Shown here piece by piece: positions 1 through 14,430 of a stretch of DNA of 64,000 bases. The stretch covers positions 427,552 through 491,551 of the forward strand of contig MU619237.1 in assembly GCA_025201805.1 (NCBI GenBank), in the 5' to 3' direction. The position numbers were made by a program, and so were the translations under genes. Source of the stretch: Parasitella parasitica NRRL 2501. Its lineage: Eukaryota; Fungi; Mucoromycota. The first letter of the stretch is position 1, and each line of letters starts with the position of its first letter. Under the pieces are notes generated by a model, which worked only from the letters and a program-made list of their open reading frames with translations, was not told the DNA's origin and made no database searches.

Positions 1-3000
1 AGCCCAGGATCAACCCAACCGCGAGCTAGAACCAAGACAAATCCAGTACAGAAGCCAACAAAGGCACCCAGGACATCAGCACGGCAATGCAGCCAACGGT
101 TAGTGGCCCACATCCACAAGAAAGGGCGGTTGTTGCTGTCAATCTTGTTGTGGTTCTCATAGATAAACCTGTATTGTGATCCAAACGCACGGATCGTTGC
201 AACACCATTGACGCTTTCATTGAATTGAACGTAGATAGGACTGCGGCTGACAGAGTTCAGGCGCTTGAGATCGCGAGAAGTTCGAAGATAATACGAGCCA
301 ATAGCAAAGAAAACAATGGCAATAACAACACCAGGAATCAGAAAGGCAGGCGTAATCGCAGACACCAGCATGATAACGCACAGCGTAGCAACAATGGAAT
401 AGAGTAAGAATGAAAGCGCAGGAGACGTTTCTTGATCAATGGTAGCCAAATCAGAAGAAAATCTGTTGACAATTCTGCCCAAAGGCGTAATATCATAGAA
501 ACGAACCTTGGCGCGCAAGATACGATTCAGTAGCTCGCTATGAATGCGACGAGATGCCTTTAAAGAGCCGGTAAAGAGGATAAACGTACGAAGCGAGGTC
601 ATAATCAGTGCAACAATGCCAATCAGAAAGTAGACAGTGAGGTAGTACTTTACATCTACAGGCGCTCTGGTGACATCCAATGCAGTAAAAGCATGGTAGA
701 TGGGTGCAGTGTACGCATTCATCAAGTTGGTTTGACCCAAGATTGAGAAGGCAGAGTTGTGAGCAGAAAAGACACCGATATTAGAGGTGCCGTTGCTGTG
801 ATGATCCTCTTGTCCATACGCAGCAGACCACACCTTGATCCAATAATCTTGAGCCAAAACACAGGCTTGAGCAACACCAAAGAGAACGAGAACAACAAGA
901 AAGAACTTGAAACCTCCTGAAGCGTCGATGTAGGCTTTATAGACGCTCCAGGATACACCACCCTCAGCACGCTCTTCATCCTGTGTTAACTTTCCACCAG
1001 CGGCAGTTTTTTTGCTGAAGTTTTTGGGGACAGCAGGAATAGGACCTTCAACAGCAGCTTCTTCAGCAGTAACCGTCTCTGCTTCCTCAGACCGAGAAAG
1101 TTCGTCACCAAGGACACCCGATTTCAGCAATTCTTTGGGAGAACCCGCATCAACGACCTCGCCATCCTTCAATGCAACAATGTAATCGGCACTAGGGAGA
1201 CACAAGCCAACATGGTGAGTAACCAAGACAATCGTGCGATGCTTCATCAATTCGCCAATCAAGCAGTTTTCATACAAGTGTTTAGCCGTGTGGGCGTCGA
1301 CAGCACTGAGACAATCATCCAAAATGACGGTATTGGCTTGCGAATAAACGGCACGAGCAATAGCAACTCTCTGCTTCTGTCCACCACTCAATGTGATACC
1401 TTTTTCGCCAACTTCTGTAGCATCTCCAAATTCCAAGATATCTAAATCGCGGGTTAATGCGGTCATGTACAGAACAGCTTCATAACGATCCTGGTCAAAC
1501 GGCAGACCAAACAAGATATTGTCGCGGATGCTACAGTTTTGTAGCCAAGCAGTTTGAGCGACATACGCGACGCCGGACACAGCGCCACCCATAGGGCTCG
1601 TCTTGTTGGGGATTGTACGAGGCAGAATAGCATGGCCAGAGATGCAGAAGGTTTCGCCCAACAAACTAGCCAGCAGCGTAGTTTTACCAGATCCAGTGGG
1701 GCCGCATACAATAGAAAGCTTGCCAACGGGGAAGCTCAAGTTGAGGTTTTTGATAGACGGCTTGTTGTAGCTATCCCTTTTGCTATCCCAACTGAAGGTT
1801 GCATTCTCTACAAAGCCAAGAGCGACACCATGACGAGCAGCTTCCAGATTGATTTGAGCAGGAAGCTCAACCTCATCTTCATCCAAAAACTTTTCCACAC
1901 GCTTTATAGATACATTGGCCTGGATGAGGAACGACATCAAAAGCGGAAATTCGTCAATGGCTCCGCGGAAAGTATTGAATAAAGCTAGAGCAGTAAAGGC
2001 GACTGACGCCGTCAGAGCATGTTCTTGCGTGTAAACGTAAAATGTGGTAACCATGATCAAAATGGGGATGAAAAACCATGCATTCACCATCCACATAAAC
2101 ATCATCAAACGAGACTTGATTGCGCCCAATTCGTCATCTCTTGCTTTGATGATGCGCTTCTTGAACTCACTCTCCCAAGCAAAGAACTTGACAATGCGGA
2201 TAGCAGACAAAAGCTCGTTCATCAACTTGAGACGCTTGTCAGTGGCTGACATGACAGATTCATGCAGCTTTTCAAACTGCGTGCCGACATAGTATGTGAT
2301 GGGCTGGCAGCAGATCATGACAAGAACACCCCAAAGCGCGGCATTGCCCAACAGTTTGTACAAGCTCCAGATACTAAGCACAATTTGAAGAGGGTAACTG
2401 TACACGTAAAAAATGTAGGCTGCGATTTCAGCTACCTTTTGAGCGTCGACAGACAGTAAATTGTTAACATTGCTCTTGCTATCTTTGCTCTTTTTCTCGC
2501 CGAGGTCCTCTTGCTTGGAAGCGTCAGATGAACCACTTTCATCACGGCGACGGAGAGACTTGGAAAACACTTCGCCAATGATGATCGATTGAATGCGAAT
2601 GCCAATAGTGCGACCAATGTAGAGGCCTTGCTGAAGTAACAGAGACTGTGCGCAATTAGTGAGAAACAGGCCCAAAACATACAAGAAAGCAGTAGCGACT
2701 GGCTCTCCCTTGGGATCTTCGATATACTTGACAATCAAATTTAAAAAGAAGGGAGGGCCAAAGATAAGGACAGACCAAGCAAGACAATACAACGTTTGAA
2801 AGAACAAAGGCCAGCGGAAAGTTTTGATGATGGTGGCAGAGATATTCCTCGAAGACTTGTGCTTACTGTAGTCATTGAGTGTGTATTTAGCTCTATTGTC
2901 AGGCGGCAATTCGAGCAAATCTTTATCATCTAATGTGCGCCTGTAACCCTCCTTCATCATTACATTCACCCAGCTAAACGTGAACTGAGAATACAAAGAA

Positions 3001-4009
3001 GCCCACTTTTCTCCAGACATGACTCGTCCCTGAATGAAACTGTAATCAGACAACCATGCCAACACCTATATATGCTCACATAACACAACATACCTCTTCA
3101 GTAATGACTGGCTGTGCAGGAGTCAGACGGGCCTCGTTGATAACAATGCAGATCAGCAAAAGATCGACAGCACCTGTCCAGAAACATATTGAATACCCCA
3201 TGCCCACGCCTAGGCCCAAGTTATAATAAGATCTGAAATCAATGATAGCGACGAATAAATAAATCAAATACAGCAAGTTGAGCTGATCGCAAGTTTTTTT
3301 GGCTAATCTGCTAGCAGTCGCTGACAAGAAAATGGTTGCGATTGACAACATCAAACAGTACGTCTAAACACAATCAACTGTCAAATACACTGAAAGAACC
3401 CTGTCAAACATACGCTTACTTACCCAGAAAACAATGCGTACACCATAAGCGTGTAAAACATCAGATTCACTTGCTTCATTGGGAGAGTACTGGTACTCGT
3501 GATCCATGATTTTTTGCACTGCACAGGCGAACAAACCCAATTGAACAACAGAAAGTATCAACCTAGACAGATTATACACTGTCCAACGAGATGATTTGAT
3601 TTCAATATCCATGATGATTGCGCTATCAGATGCATCATCACTCGTTGATACCGTTCCTGCTGTCGTTGAGCCATAATGTTGATTTGCGGTAGTTTTTAAA
3701 AGGGATGTGTAGCCAGGAGATTGGGATTTGTAATGCTTGACACAAGCCTTGATAGTGATAATCAGTGACCAAATCAAGACGGCCAAAAGAAGCAGACCAT
3801 CAATGATACTTTGTGCGTTATTTTGCAGTTAATATGGCTCGTCTTTTCTTTTTTTTTCTCATCAGCTTTTGACACTTACTTTACTCTGAAGCATGGAGTG
3901 AAATCATTATCTATCCACGGTTGCTATAACAACGGAGTTAAATCCAAACTTTTCAATCCAGTGTTTGTCCATTCAAACTTACAGATAGATTGCAATGACT
4001 CTCGACCAT
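1..4009 (-). CDS. ABCC/MRP-type ABC transporter (Ybt1/Bpt1-like); spliced 5' end, 3' part runs off the window start
   Basis: Minus-strand frame reads Walker A CGPTGSGKTT (~1690) and signature/Walker B LSGGQKQRVAIARAVYSQANTVILDDCLSAVDAHTAKHL (~1390-1280). TMD2 begins with FYDITPLGRIVNRFSSDL (~500-450). ATG at 4009-4007 is followed by GT-AG introns. Confidence 0.93.
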
Positions 4010-5418
4010 TTTCTAAAGGAAGGAAAAATAATAAAGATGGATAAAAAGGGGAATAAAAAAAAAAAAGAAAAAAAAAATAGATCTTTATACATGAGCGAAT
4101 TGAACTAAAGACGACAGAACAATTTTTTAGGCCAGATTTGATCTTTTTTTCCCTTTCAGGATGCTGGTGCCTCGGTCAAATTTAGTCAAGGCAGTTTTGT
4201 TTGTATCATCCCGGTTCTTGAGATACAAACAGCTAATGCATTGGCTTTTTCTTTTTTACTGTTCAATTCACATCTGATGACTTTTTACGCAGTTGTTACT
4301 GCGCCATGCGTATTTCGCAGCGAGAAAATACTCAGAAAAGGAGTGTTTCTAACGTCAATTGGTTGTAAATGTAGATGTTGCATCCTGATCATTTAATGAT
4401 ACTACCAATATAATAAATCATCACTGATTACAAAATGGTATATATCCTGTGTTAATTTGATTGAATACATAATACCGAAATTTGTTTGGCGTGGAATCAT
4501 GTAATACGGTTATTATATGTATGATAATTCCGATATTGAGGGAGCACAAACTTTAAATATATTCTGCTCACTAGTACAATTTAGAGTTTGTACACAGATT
4601 AGATTTACAAACTGTTACCGGTTACATAGATTCAGATTATAATTACAGTATATAATTTGAGCAACTGTTGATTTCAATTTTTTTAAAATTAAAGATGTAT
4701 GATATATAAAAGTTTCTACCACCATCCTAAACATAACTAACCTACAGAGCTGAAATGATTCATTGGCATGATAGCCTGGATTCAGTGGGACCATAAAATA
4801 CTACAAAGCATCGCTCCATTTGTCGGCATTGAGCGAGCATAGTCTGTTTGAACGCACTTTTTTATAAATTTTTTAGAGTTTCTACTGCTGCTATGTTATT
4901 CGAAGCGAGGTATAGCCTCAACTCGAATTTTAAATGTCTAAATCACTCTACTTTCAAACATTGCGTAGAAATATAGGCACATCATCCATCAGCTTCATTT
5001 TTTAGTATTTATGAAATATTATCTTATACGCCGACCTCTATCTGGTCCTAATATTCAATAAGATGAGTTTATTCTAGCGACATATAAGCAACATAAATCT
5101 ATAGATGCAATAAGCTCACTAAATTGTATAATACCAAACATGATATACAATGGTTATGTGTCAATCAAACAAGCTTGTAAAGCTTCATTTCTCAAAGCGT
5201 TCAAGCCCTTTCAATCAAAAATGTTGTATCATTCGTATTTAGATGACATGACGAGTGTAGTTTATGTGTCTTCCTTGCATGGACTTAGAAGGCCTTAGGG
5301 CTCAAACATCGTGCTCCTGGGTCAACATGGTCACGACAAAAGGTCACATTTTGTCGAGAAAAATATTTGCAAATTGACATTTTGGAATCATCAGCACTTT
5401 ATAAACGTATCTACAACA

Positions 5419-7964
5419 ATGCCCAACGCAAGAAAGAAGAAAGCCGCCAAGATGGAAGACTTCAAAGTATTTGAAATTAAGCGCTGCAGCGGAAACGATG
5501 TTAATGTCTATTTCTCATTTTTCAGAAAAAGAAGCTCAAAGTTGGCAAGCAAAAAACTGTTCCAGACAATTTCACTGATACATCCTTCAAATCGAAAAGT
5601 AAAGAACTTGAGACAAAAATACCGTTATCTATGATTTACTAGGAAAATTATGATAGGTATTTCACTTCCAAATCAAAGTATCAGCGAGGACAAATCACAT
5701 GAAATCACTACTAGCAGAAATTTGACTTTGACCGATCTTGTTGTTCAATTAAAGCATTACAATGCTGGAGTGAAGAAAGGTTTGATCTGTGGATAAGATG
5801 ATTTGTATAACAAGATAATTGATCACTATTACTATGGGATTTTAGAGGCATTATCAGGATTGACAGACATTTGCACCACTCATCCTGCACTTTTGGTATC
5901 TTCGTTGGGCCTTGTTGTCAATGGCATTCTTAAATTATTTGTTGACGAGGATAGAGATGTTAGAAAGGCTACATTAAACTATCTCAAAAGCACATTTGTC
6001 AACCTTGACCGAGTCGAACTACAACCATTCATGTCGCTTTTGGTCATCTATACCTGCTCAGCCATGACACATATTTTTGAAGATGTGCGACTAGATGCTA
6101 TCAAGCTCATGGATCTGTGGATTCAAATAGCACCAGACATCATTGTATCCAAGTTTTGGAACCGAGTAACTGGCAATTACATGAGTCTGTTGACTGTAGA
6201 TTCCAACAGCATCAACAGCAATTCAAACACCGCGAGTTCAGTTGCCATAACAACCGCCAGTGTCAAGGCAGCAGTTACTAAATCACATCTACACATCCAC
6301 AAGAATAAACTGGGCTTGTTCATCAGCTTATCAAAATTTTTAGAGGCAGGCCTTTCAGAACATGACAGAGACAATTATTGGTTTCTGCTAAACTACTTGT
6401 ATAATAAGCGTGCGAGGGATGCTTTCAAGATTAGAATGTCGCAATACCAGACCGTCGATATGTCCAAAGTAGCTGTATGGGACAGCAAACACAAGAATCA
6501 GTTCACACCTGCGCATGCTATGGTGACATCCGTCGCTCCGTACCTGTCAAAAGGCGCAGCTTTAGCTACATACTCTCAATTACAGTTATTTGAATCTTCA
6601 GGGCCCAAAAATCATAGTGGTGGCAATGGCGGGGGTACATTTGCGGCTGCCAATGGCCAAACAGCTACTTTTGACATTAATAACAACGAATTCAGCGCAG
6701 AAGAGAGACTGGGGAATATCAAGGTAATTAGCATACTAGCTTTGTTTGTTGTTGTTGATGTTCACTGGGTTGTGTATGTAGCAATTGATCGAGACATTTC
6801 AACCAATTTTGTTGGCTTCTTGGTTAGAAGCAGCACCTTCCGTGTTCATTTCCACCAGCACAATCTGCATGACGCCTGCTCTGGAGCTACTATATGAAAT
6901 CCTCAAGTTATCACTAGTTTTATGGCGCGCTATGGTAGTCTCGGAGACCATTAGCACACTTCCCAGAGACTGGCTAAATGCGCAATTGCATTCGTTGTTG
7001 AAGCACTTTACTGTTTACTTTCCCTACGGAGCTGATTCCTTTGGCAATCGTGGATCTAAAGTAGACGACACTTTGCAAGAAATGAACATCATGCTATGCG
7101 AATTAACTTCTCTGTATTTGCTTGCAAGAACCATGCAGTCTCACAATGCCTCTCAAGTCAAGGAATCAGAGCGCCAATCGAAGAAGCGTAGAAAGTTAGC
7201 CACAGAAGAAGAAAAAATCGATCAGCTGCCAGAATGGGCAGAGACTGTGGTGGGCCATGTATTGGGTGTGTTGGGCTTGGATGCTGCTGGTAATTCTGTC
7301 AGCACAAACTCAAGCTTTAAGGCTGAAAACCTAGTTTCGCTATTACCTGCGATTTGGGGTTTCTTAAATTGCTTGAATTACGAAGACAGTATCATCATGT
7401 TTAAGGCTGCATTAGGTTATTACCATGTCTGTCAACCAAACTCTACATCAAAACGAGTGATGCTTGATTTCATTACTCGTGTTTATATGGCAAGTATTTA
7501 CATGAGATACTCCATTTTTCTCAAGATGGCTGATTTTTTTTTTTTTTTTTTAGGTACAATCCGCTCCTAGCTACAATGGACAATTTACAATATCAAAACA
7601 CTCTGAATTAGCAAACCTGCTGAAAGAATGGTTTCTGAGCTTGCCCAAGGTTCTCTGGCAGCTGCGAACGAATCATGTTGAAACTAGCAGAACTATCTTG
7701 AACATCATGTGCGATGTTGCAAAACGAAGTGACAAGGATGTGTTTGACATGTCAACACTGCTAGAAGCTGAAACAAAGCTTGTGCCGTTCTTCTTTGTAA
7801 ATCTTGTAAAGGGGCCTCTTTTTGGCCCTTTTAACGAATTGCCAGCCGATGTGCAACAACGTGCATTGGACTATGTACAATATCTAGATAGCAAATCTGA
7901 AAAGATGGCTAATGCTATTCAACAATGTAGAGAAACGCAAGGCAGTATTGGATTGTATAAATAG
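5419..7964 (+). CDS. IPI1: Pre-rRNA processing protein Ipi1/TEX10 (Rix1 complex), multi-exon
   Basis: Spliced N-terminus MPNARKKKAAKMEDFK-KKKLKVGKQK..NFTDTSFKSK-SISLPNQSI and the Ipi1_N-type segment YTCSAMTHIFEDVRLDAIKLMDLW. Covers ORFs 5803-6897, 6785-7570 and 7641-7964. Confidence 0.88.
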
Positions 7965-7987
7965 AATCAACATTTTTATTATTCTTA

Positions 7988-8553
7988 TTATAGCTCTGCT
8001 TGTATCTTTGTTTTAAGTGTCAAGGCATGTAATCCTTGGTTTTTAAGTTCATCATCTACTAAACCGTAAACCAAACGGTGTCGCTGCATCAGAGTCTATT
8101 AAAAAGTTGCATGTTAATACCATGTTGAATGTAGACTCGATCTGTTGTAGTACCTTTCCCTTGAACTCTTCAGATACAATAGTAAGCCTGGAATATAATT
8201 AAATGAGGATCAAGACACAATTTATTATAATGGCATCTTACCTAAAATGAGTTTCTTTGTTGGTGTTTCCTTTCATAGCAGCATGATGAGCATGTAAATG
8301 AGACTCGTTTACTGCTTCGAAAATTGTAGGTTGTAAAGCCTCGTTAATCTATTAGGAAAAATGCACTCAATCATACTGTAAATCAACATCTTGCGCGAAT
8401 TCTTACTTTATTTTCAATTGAAAGCTGAATAGGCCCCTTTTCTTTTGAATCCATAAAGTCGTTTAAAAATTGAGTTGATTTAGTGGAGTGGGAGCGGACA
8501 AGGGTACGAGAAAAAGCTGGTTGCAAAGTATAAATTTTGGACAGCAAGGACAT
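7988..8553 (-). CDS. BolA-family protein (mitochondrial Bol1-like), 4 exons
   Basis: Spliced product GPIQLSIENK-INEALQPTIFEAVNESHLHAHHAAMKGNTNKETHFR-LTIVSEEFKGK-TLMQRHRLVYGLVDDEL..GLHAL, with an Arg/Ser-rich presequence-like N-terminus. Confidence 0.9.
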
Positions 8554-8845
8554 AATGTAAGGTTGCGATAAAAACAAATAGAAAATGAAACAGATGACCC
8601 GGCTCCAATTTTATAGATGAGATTCAAAACAAAGAATGGTAGCTAGTTCTTATGGTGCCATCGTCCAAGCATCAAGATCATCCAGTTTTCTCAAAAACGA
8701 AAAATAGGATAATAGATTAGACATCTCTGGCAATACTCTCCATGTTAAGCACGTTTTTAATCACAAGTAGTAGTCAATAAATATTTCTATAAAGTTTGGT
8801 ATGTTGAAGGAAAAAAAAAAACAGCAACTTTATTTTTTGTGTTTC

Positions 8846-9719
8846 TTACACTTCTTCATCGCTGTTGTATTCATTCACATAATCAGTTTTAGCATCATAC
8901 ACAGGTAAACTAATTGAATTGGCAGTTTTGATTTGAAATGACTTGATATTGTCTTCTCCTCCAGGGATCACTGCGATAATCTTATCATATGCCGACATAA
9001 AATTCTCGAAAGCAATGGTGGCATCTTGAGCAGTTGTTGCGATTCGAATTGCATGGCAATTGCCAGTATGAAAATTCATATAGGTTGATTTAGCTGTACG
9101 TAATATCTCTTTTTGTAAATCTGATTTGGACAATTCGATTGGAATTGGTTCTCTGCAACAAGATTGTTGATTTTAATTTTAATACAATCGAAACAGCGTT
9201 GTAAATTTACCTTCTCTTTTTGTAAACATCTTTGCCCAAGACTTTATACAAGTCTGTGATAATTGATTTTTCTGCCATAAGCATGTCAAATTCTTGCAAT
9301 AATTGCTGCTTTGATTCTGGTGTAGAGTAGCTTTTTTTAAGATGCTTTATATCAAGCACCTTGTGGACGCCTCGAATCTTTTTGTCCTTGATCAAATCTT
9401 TGAATTTTTGTTGGTCCTTGTTGGTGATCAAGCATCGATGAACACCGGGTATTTGACATCCATGTTTCAGTACACTATTTCAATATTAATTTCTTGAAGT
9501 CAGCTCGTATCTATACTTACATTCTCGTAGGTCTGCCTTTTGTCAATGTCATTTTGTTAAAGGTATTAACCATCAGCCATACAACTTCCTCTTTATCAGC
9601 ATTGTTTGCTTCATGTTTGTATAAAGCTCTAAAAGCTTTCTTTGCCTGATTGAATGGTTAGCATAGTTATCCTGGAGGAATTGATGTATTACCTTGGTTT
9701 GATCTATCTGTACGGGCAT
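8846..9719 (-). CDS. Ribosomal L1 domain-containing protein (Utp30/Cic1/RSL1D1-like)
   Basis: Motifs CLITNKDQQKFKDLI, KVLDIKHLKKSY, QLLQEFDMLMAEK, VLGKDVYKKR, PIPIEL and NIKSFQIKTANSISLPVY joined by GT-AG introns. Confidence 0.8.
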
Positions 9720-9897
9720 AATGTAGTGACAGAAAGAAGAAAAAACCGAATAATCTAAGCCTCTAGTGGAAGATGAGCCGATTCATTCAGGTTTGTTGAC
9801 AAGAGCACTGTGACGTTTTAGTCAGTTAGATGAAAGAGGTGTTGCAATGAAGAAAGGTTTTTTCTACACTCTTTTTTATTCTTTTCATTAATACAAC

Positions 9898-10492
9898 ATG
9901 GCCACCGACAACATTTTATTTCAGGATATTTTTGATATCAAGGATCTCGATCCTCAAGGAAAGAAATTCGACAGAGGTACAAAAAAAAAAAAAAAGAAGA
10001 CAGTAAGAGCATTGAATTTTTACAGAGATGTCTAAATTTTGAATGTCTAGTGTCTCGTCTCGTCGGCCGTTCAGAGAATTATGAGATGGATTTAACTTTG
10101 GACTTCAATGCAGAAATTTACCCATGTTCAGTTGGGGACAAGTTCTCGCTTGTTTTGGCCTCCTCTCTGTCACTTGAGGCCAGCACAAGCACTAGTGGCG
10201 TCGAGAAGAAGGAAAGCTGGCGTGAGCGTGCTCCAGGAGAGCGTGATTTGAGCGATGAATACGAATATGTCATGTTTGGTAAAGTTTATAAATATGAGGA
10301 TTCCAATAAGGGTACTGCGGGTCAGCAAGTGTAAGTTTCTTTGTTACATGTGGATATATGCAGAGGCTGATTTGACATGATAGATCTGTTTATATCTCTT
10401 ACGGTGGTCTTTTAATGTGTTTGGAAGGTGATTATAGACATCTTCAAAACTTAACTGTTGGTGAAAACATCTATTTGTTGCTGAGAAAGTAG
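9898..10492 (+). CDS. RPB8: RNA polymerases I/II/III shared subunit Rpb8 (RPABC3)
   Basis: [30 protein letters not shown]...YEYVMFGKVYKY...VYISYGGLLMCLEGDYRHL across two introns. Confidence 0.96.
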
Positions 10493-10650
10493 AGAGGATA
10501 TTGGAGAATCTGATTTTAATAATAAAAGTGTCGATGGTGTGCATAGTTGCATTGTTATTGAATGGCTGCAGTCACTTTGCATCTATCCTCTTTGTTCTAT
10601 TCCATTTTTCCATTGCTTCCTCTATTTGATCAACTTTAGTAGAGAGCGTT

Positions 10651-11532
10651 ATGGTATTTTGAACGAGATTTACAGAAAATATCAAATGTCTAAGCATATC
10701 TTTGGTTTTAGGAGTTTCTTTTCGGTAAAAAAAAGACACCAGCAGAAATATGTCGCCAACATCAGCGAAGTCTTCAAAAAGCCCAACGAGAACTAGAGAG
10801 AGAACGACAGCGCCTGGAAAGACAGGAAAAAAAGCTCATTTTGGATATCAAAAAGTCTGCAAAAGATGGCCAGTTGGTAAGCTTGATGAGTTGAATTGCC
10901 AGAAATACAAGGTTGACTCTTTCAATCATATCAGAGTGCTTGTAAAATCATGGCAAAAGATCTAGTTCGAACCAGAAGACATGTTGAAAAGTTTACTTCT
11001 ATGAAAACTCAATTACAAGCTGTCGGTTTGCGCATTCAAGTATGGTCGAATTTTTGCTTTTTTTTAGTGTGATTGTTGCCTAAATTATTCATATAGACCA
11101 TGAGCTCAAGTCATCAAATGGCCACGGCAATGCATGGAGCAACTAAAGCCATGGGATCAATGAATAGACAGATGAATTTGCCTCAAATTCAGAAAATCAT
11201 GATGGATTTTGAAAAGGAAAGCGAATTAATGGATATGAAAGACGAAATGATGAGTGATGCTATAGATGATGCTATGGAAGAAGAGGATGACGAAGAGGAA
11301 ACAGAGGACATTGTGAACAAGGTTCTTGATGAAATTGGCATTAATCTCAGTCAAGAGGTAATTTCAATGTATTGTGCAATATACACTAGTGATTAACCAC
11401 CAAATGCAGCTGGACTCAGTACCAACAGGGTTCAGTCCACCCATTGCGTCGACAGCGACCGAGAAAATTGCAGAAGCCACTTCAGGAGATGCTGCCTTAC
11501 AAGCACGATTGGATAACTTGAGAAGAGAATAG
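10651..11532 (+). CDS. VPS2: ESCRT-III subunit Vps2/Did4 (CHMP2A)
   Basis: M-EFLFGKKKTPAE..RELERERQRLERQEKKLILDIKKSAKDGQ, IMAKDLVRTR, QKIMMDFEKESELMDMKDEMM, and the C-terminal MIM1 DAALQARLDNLRRE. Confidence 0.95.
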
Positions 11533-11541
11533 CTGATTTAT

Positions 11542-12065
11542 TCAATATCCATATTCAGTTGACCATAAGGATTCATCATAATCCTCGATTAAATCCTTCT
11601 CTTTACTATATTTATTATGCCACCCTTCAAATCCAAATCTTAGGATTTTAACTTTTTGATCAGTCTCCTTTCCCAAGTTCTTTAATGTTTCAGTATAAAT
11701 TCGAGCTGATTTGGGACCTACAGATACAGTTAATCTTAAGCTTTGTTGTTTCTGTTTTTAGTATGATACCTCTAACTTGCGATAGTGCGCAATGAAAATA
11801 TATGTTGGGTACTTGAGAGTATTCTTCTATAAGATAATTAGCTTTATCGTACATCTCATTAGCTGGGATGTTGATAGAACCAGGGATATGGCCACCCTAG
11901 ATATAAAGTTTGTTAGTTTTCAAATTATTAGATTCACTTTGTACTTGCTCTATAATCCTCACCACGGACATCAACGATAACATAATCCTTTCCAGATAGC
12001 TTTGTTGGGTCACGAACTAAATCCATGACCTCTTCGGCTTCTGCATAAACCGGTGTATTCACCAT
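11542..12065 (-). CDS. Cdc25-like phosphatase / arsenate reductase (Ibp1/Ych1/Acr2 rhodanese family), 3 exons; not in the ORF track
   Basis: Spliced product MVNTPVYAEAEEV...VIVDVRGEDYR-GGHIPGSINIP...FHCALSQVR-GPKSA...ILRFGFEGW, with the HC(X5)R active site. Confidence 0.9.
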
Positions 12066-12439
12066 TTTCTGTTTGAACGAGTAATGAAAACAAAAATACG
12101 AAAGAAAATACTTTTTTCAATTTTTAGACATATTACCCAGTCTAGTAGTACCTGTAGAACACCCGCTGGTTGTCCTGCCGTGTAATAAAACGATGATATG
12201 CATACAAAACATGATTTCCTGCCTTTTTTTTTTATAATTATTTTCATCAGTTCAAATGACACAAACAACAGAAAGATTTTGCCAAACAGTAGTCTGTTTT
12301 AGTGGGTGTTTAACAGCAAATGATATTATATAAAGTTGAAATGTGATTACAGATTTTTAAAACAAAGGACAGGATACTCTTTGCATCTGCTTTTACATAG
12401 ATTGGTAGTATTGAAACCCTCTATTTTTCATTATTAAAT

Positions 12440-12590
12440 CACTAGCATTTAACATATTATTAAAAAGAACAGAGTGTACAGCTTAAAAAAATCATCATTT
12501 TTAGTTGGACCATATCCAATTTCGAGAGTTTCAAGCTTTCTCGCCCGACTTTCAACATTATTTACTCTGTTTAGTGAGCTTTTCTTTTTC
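12440..12590. repeat. Dispersed repeat copy A (inverted relative to 42265-42415)
   Basis: gtgtacagcttaaaaaa..tttttagttggaccatatccaatttcgagag..cgcccgactttcaacattatttactctg closely matches the reverse complement of 42265-42415. Confidence 0.8.
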
Positions 12591-13179
12591 AATATTATTA
12601 TTTTCTGGACAAGCCTTACAATGATCCACTAATAGTCTCTTCAACTAACTTTAGTTATGATTCGGTTTTATTTTGTAAAACGATGCATATTTTGATCCGC
12701 AATGATAATTACTAAATGTATTTAGGGACTAACTAATAATTCAGTAATAAGGCATTTCCACATGTAACAAACTTCATTATAGATCCCTTACCAAAAAGAG
12801 GCGCTAAGACTAAGCAATTCAACCCTATAAAAGATGTATGGAGGAATAGAGGTAATATAGACGAGTACGACAGAATTGCAGTGAATATGTATTTGATTCA
12901 GACGAGTGGTTATTAAGGTAATAATTTGCTCATTTCTAGCGTTGCAGTAATAATATTGTACACAATTACATCCACAATTGGATGTACAGTATCCAGTTGG
13001 GAACCAGGTAGACTTACGTTATTTAACTTCTTGAATTAACAAGACTATTGTTTATGAATTGGCCAACCGTGCCGAGCAGTTGCATGTATGAGTAGATTTA
13101 AAATTGTACGTAATACTAGAGTCTATTTAATGAGGCGTAAGAACGGGTGATGCTGAAACGCAATGAAAGATCTTGAATG

Positions 13180-14430
<1,251 letters not shown>

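Noticed and set aside
225-2460. Several plus-strand ORFs of 60-142 aa
   Set aside because: Antisense to the ABC transporter, whose long frame is missing from the track because it runs off the window.
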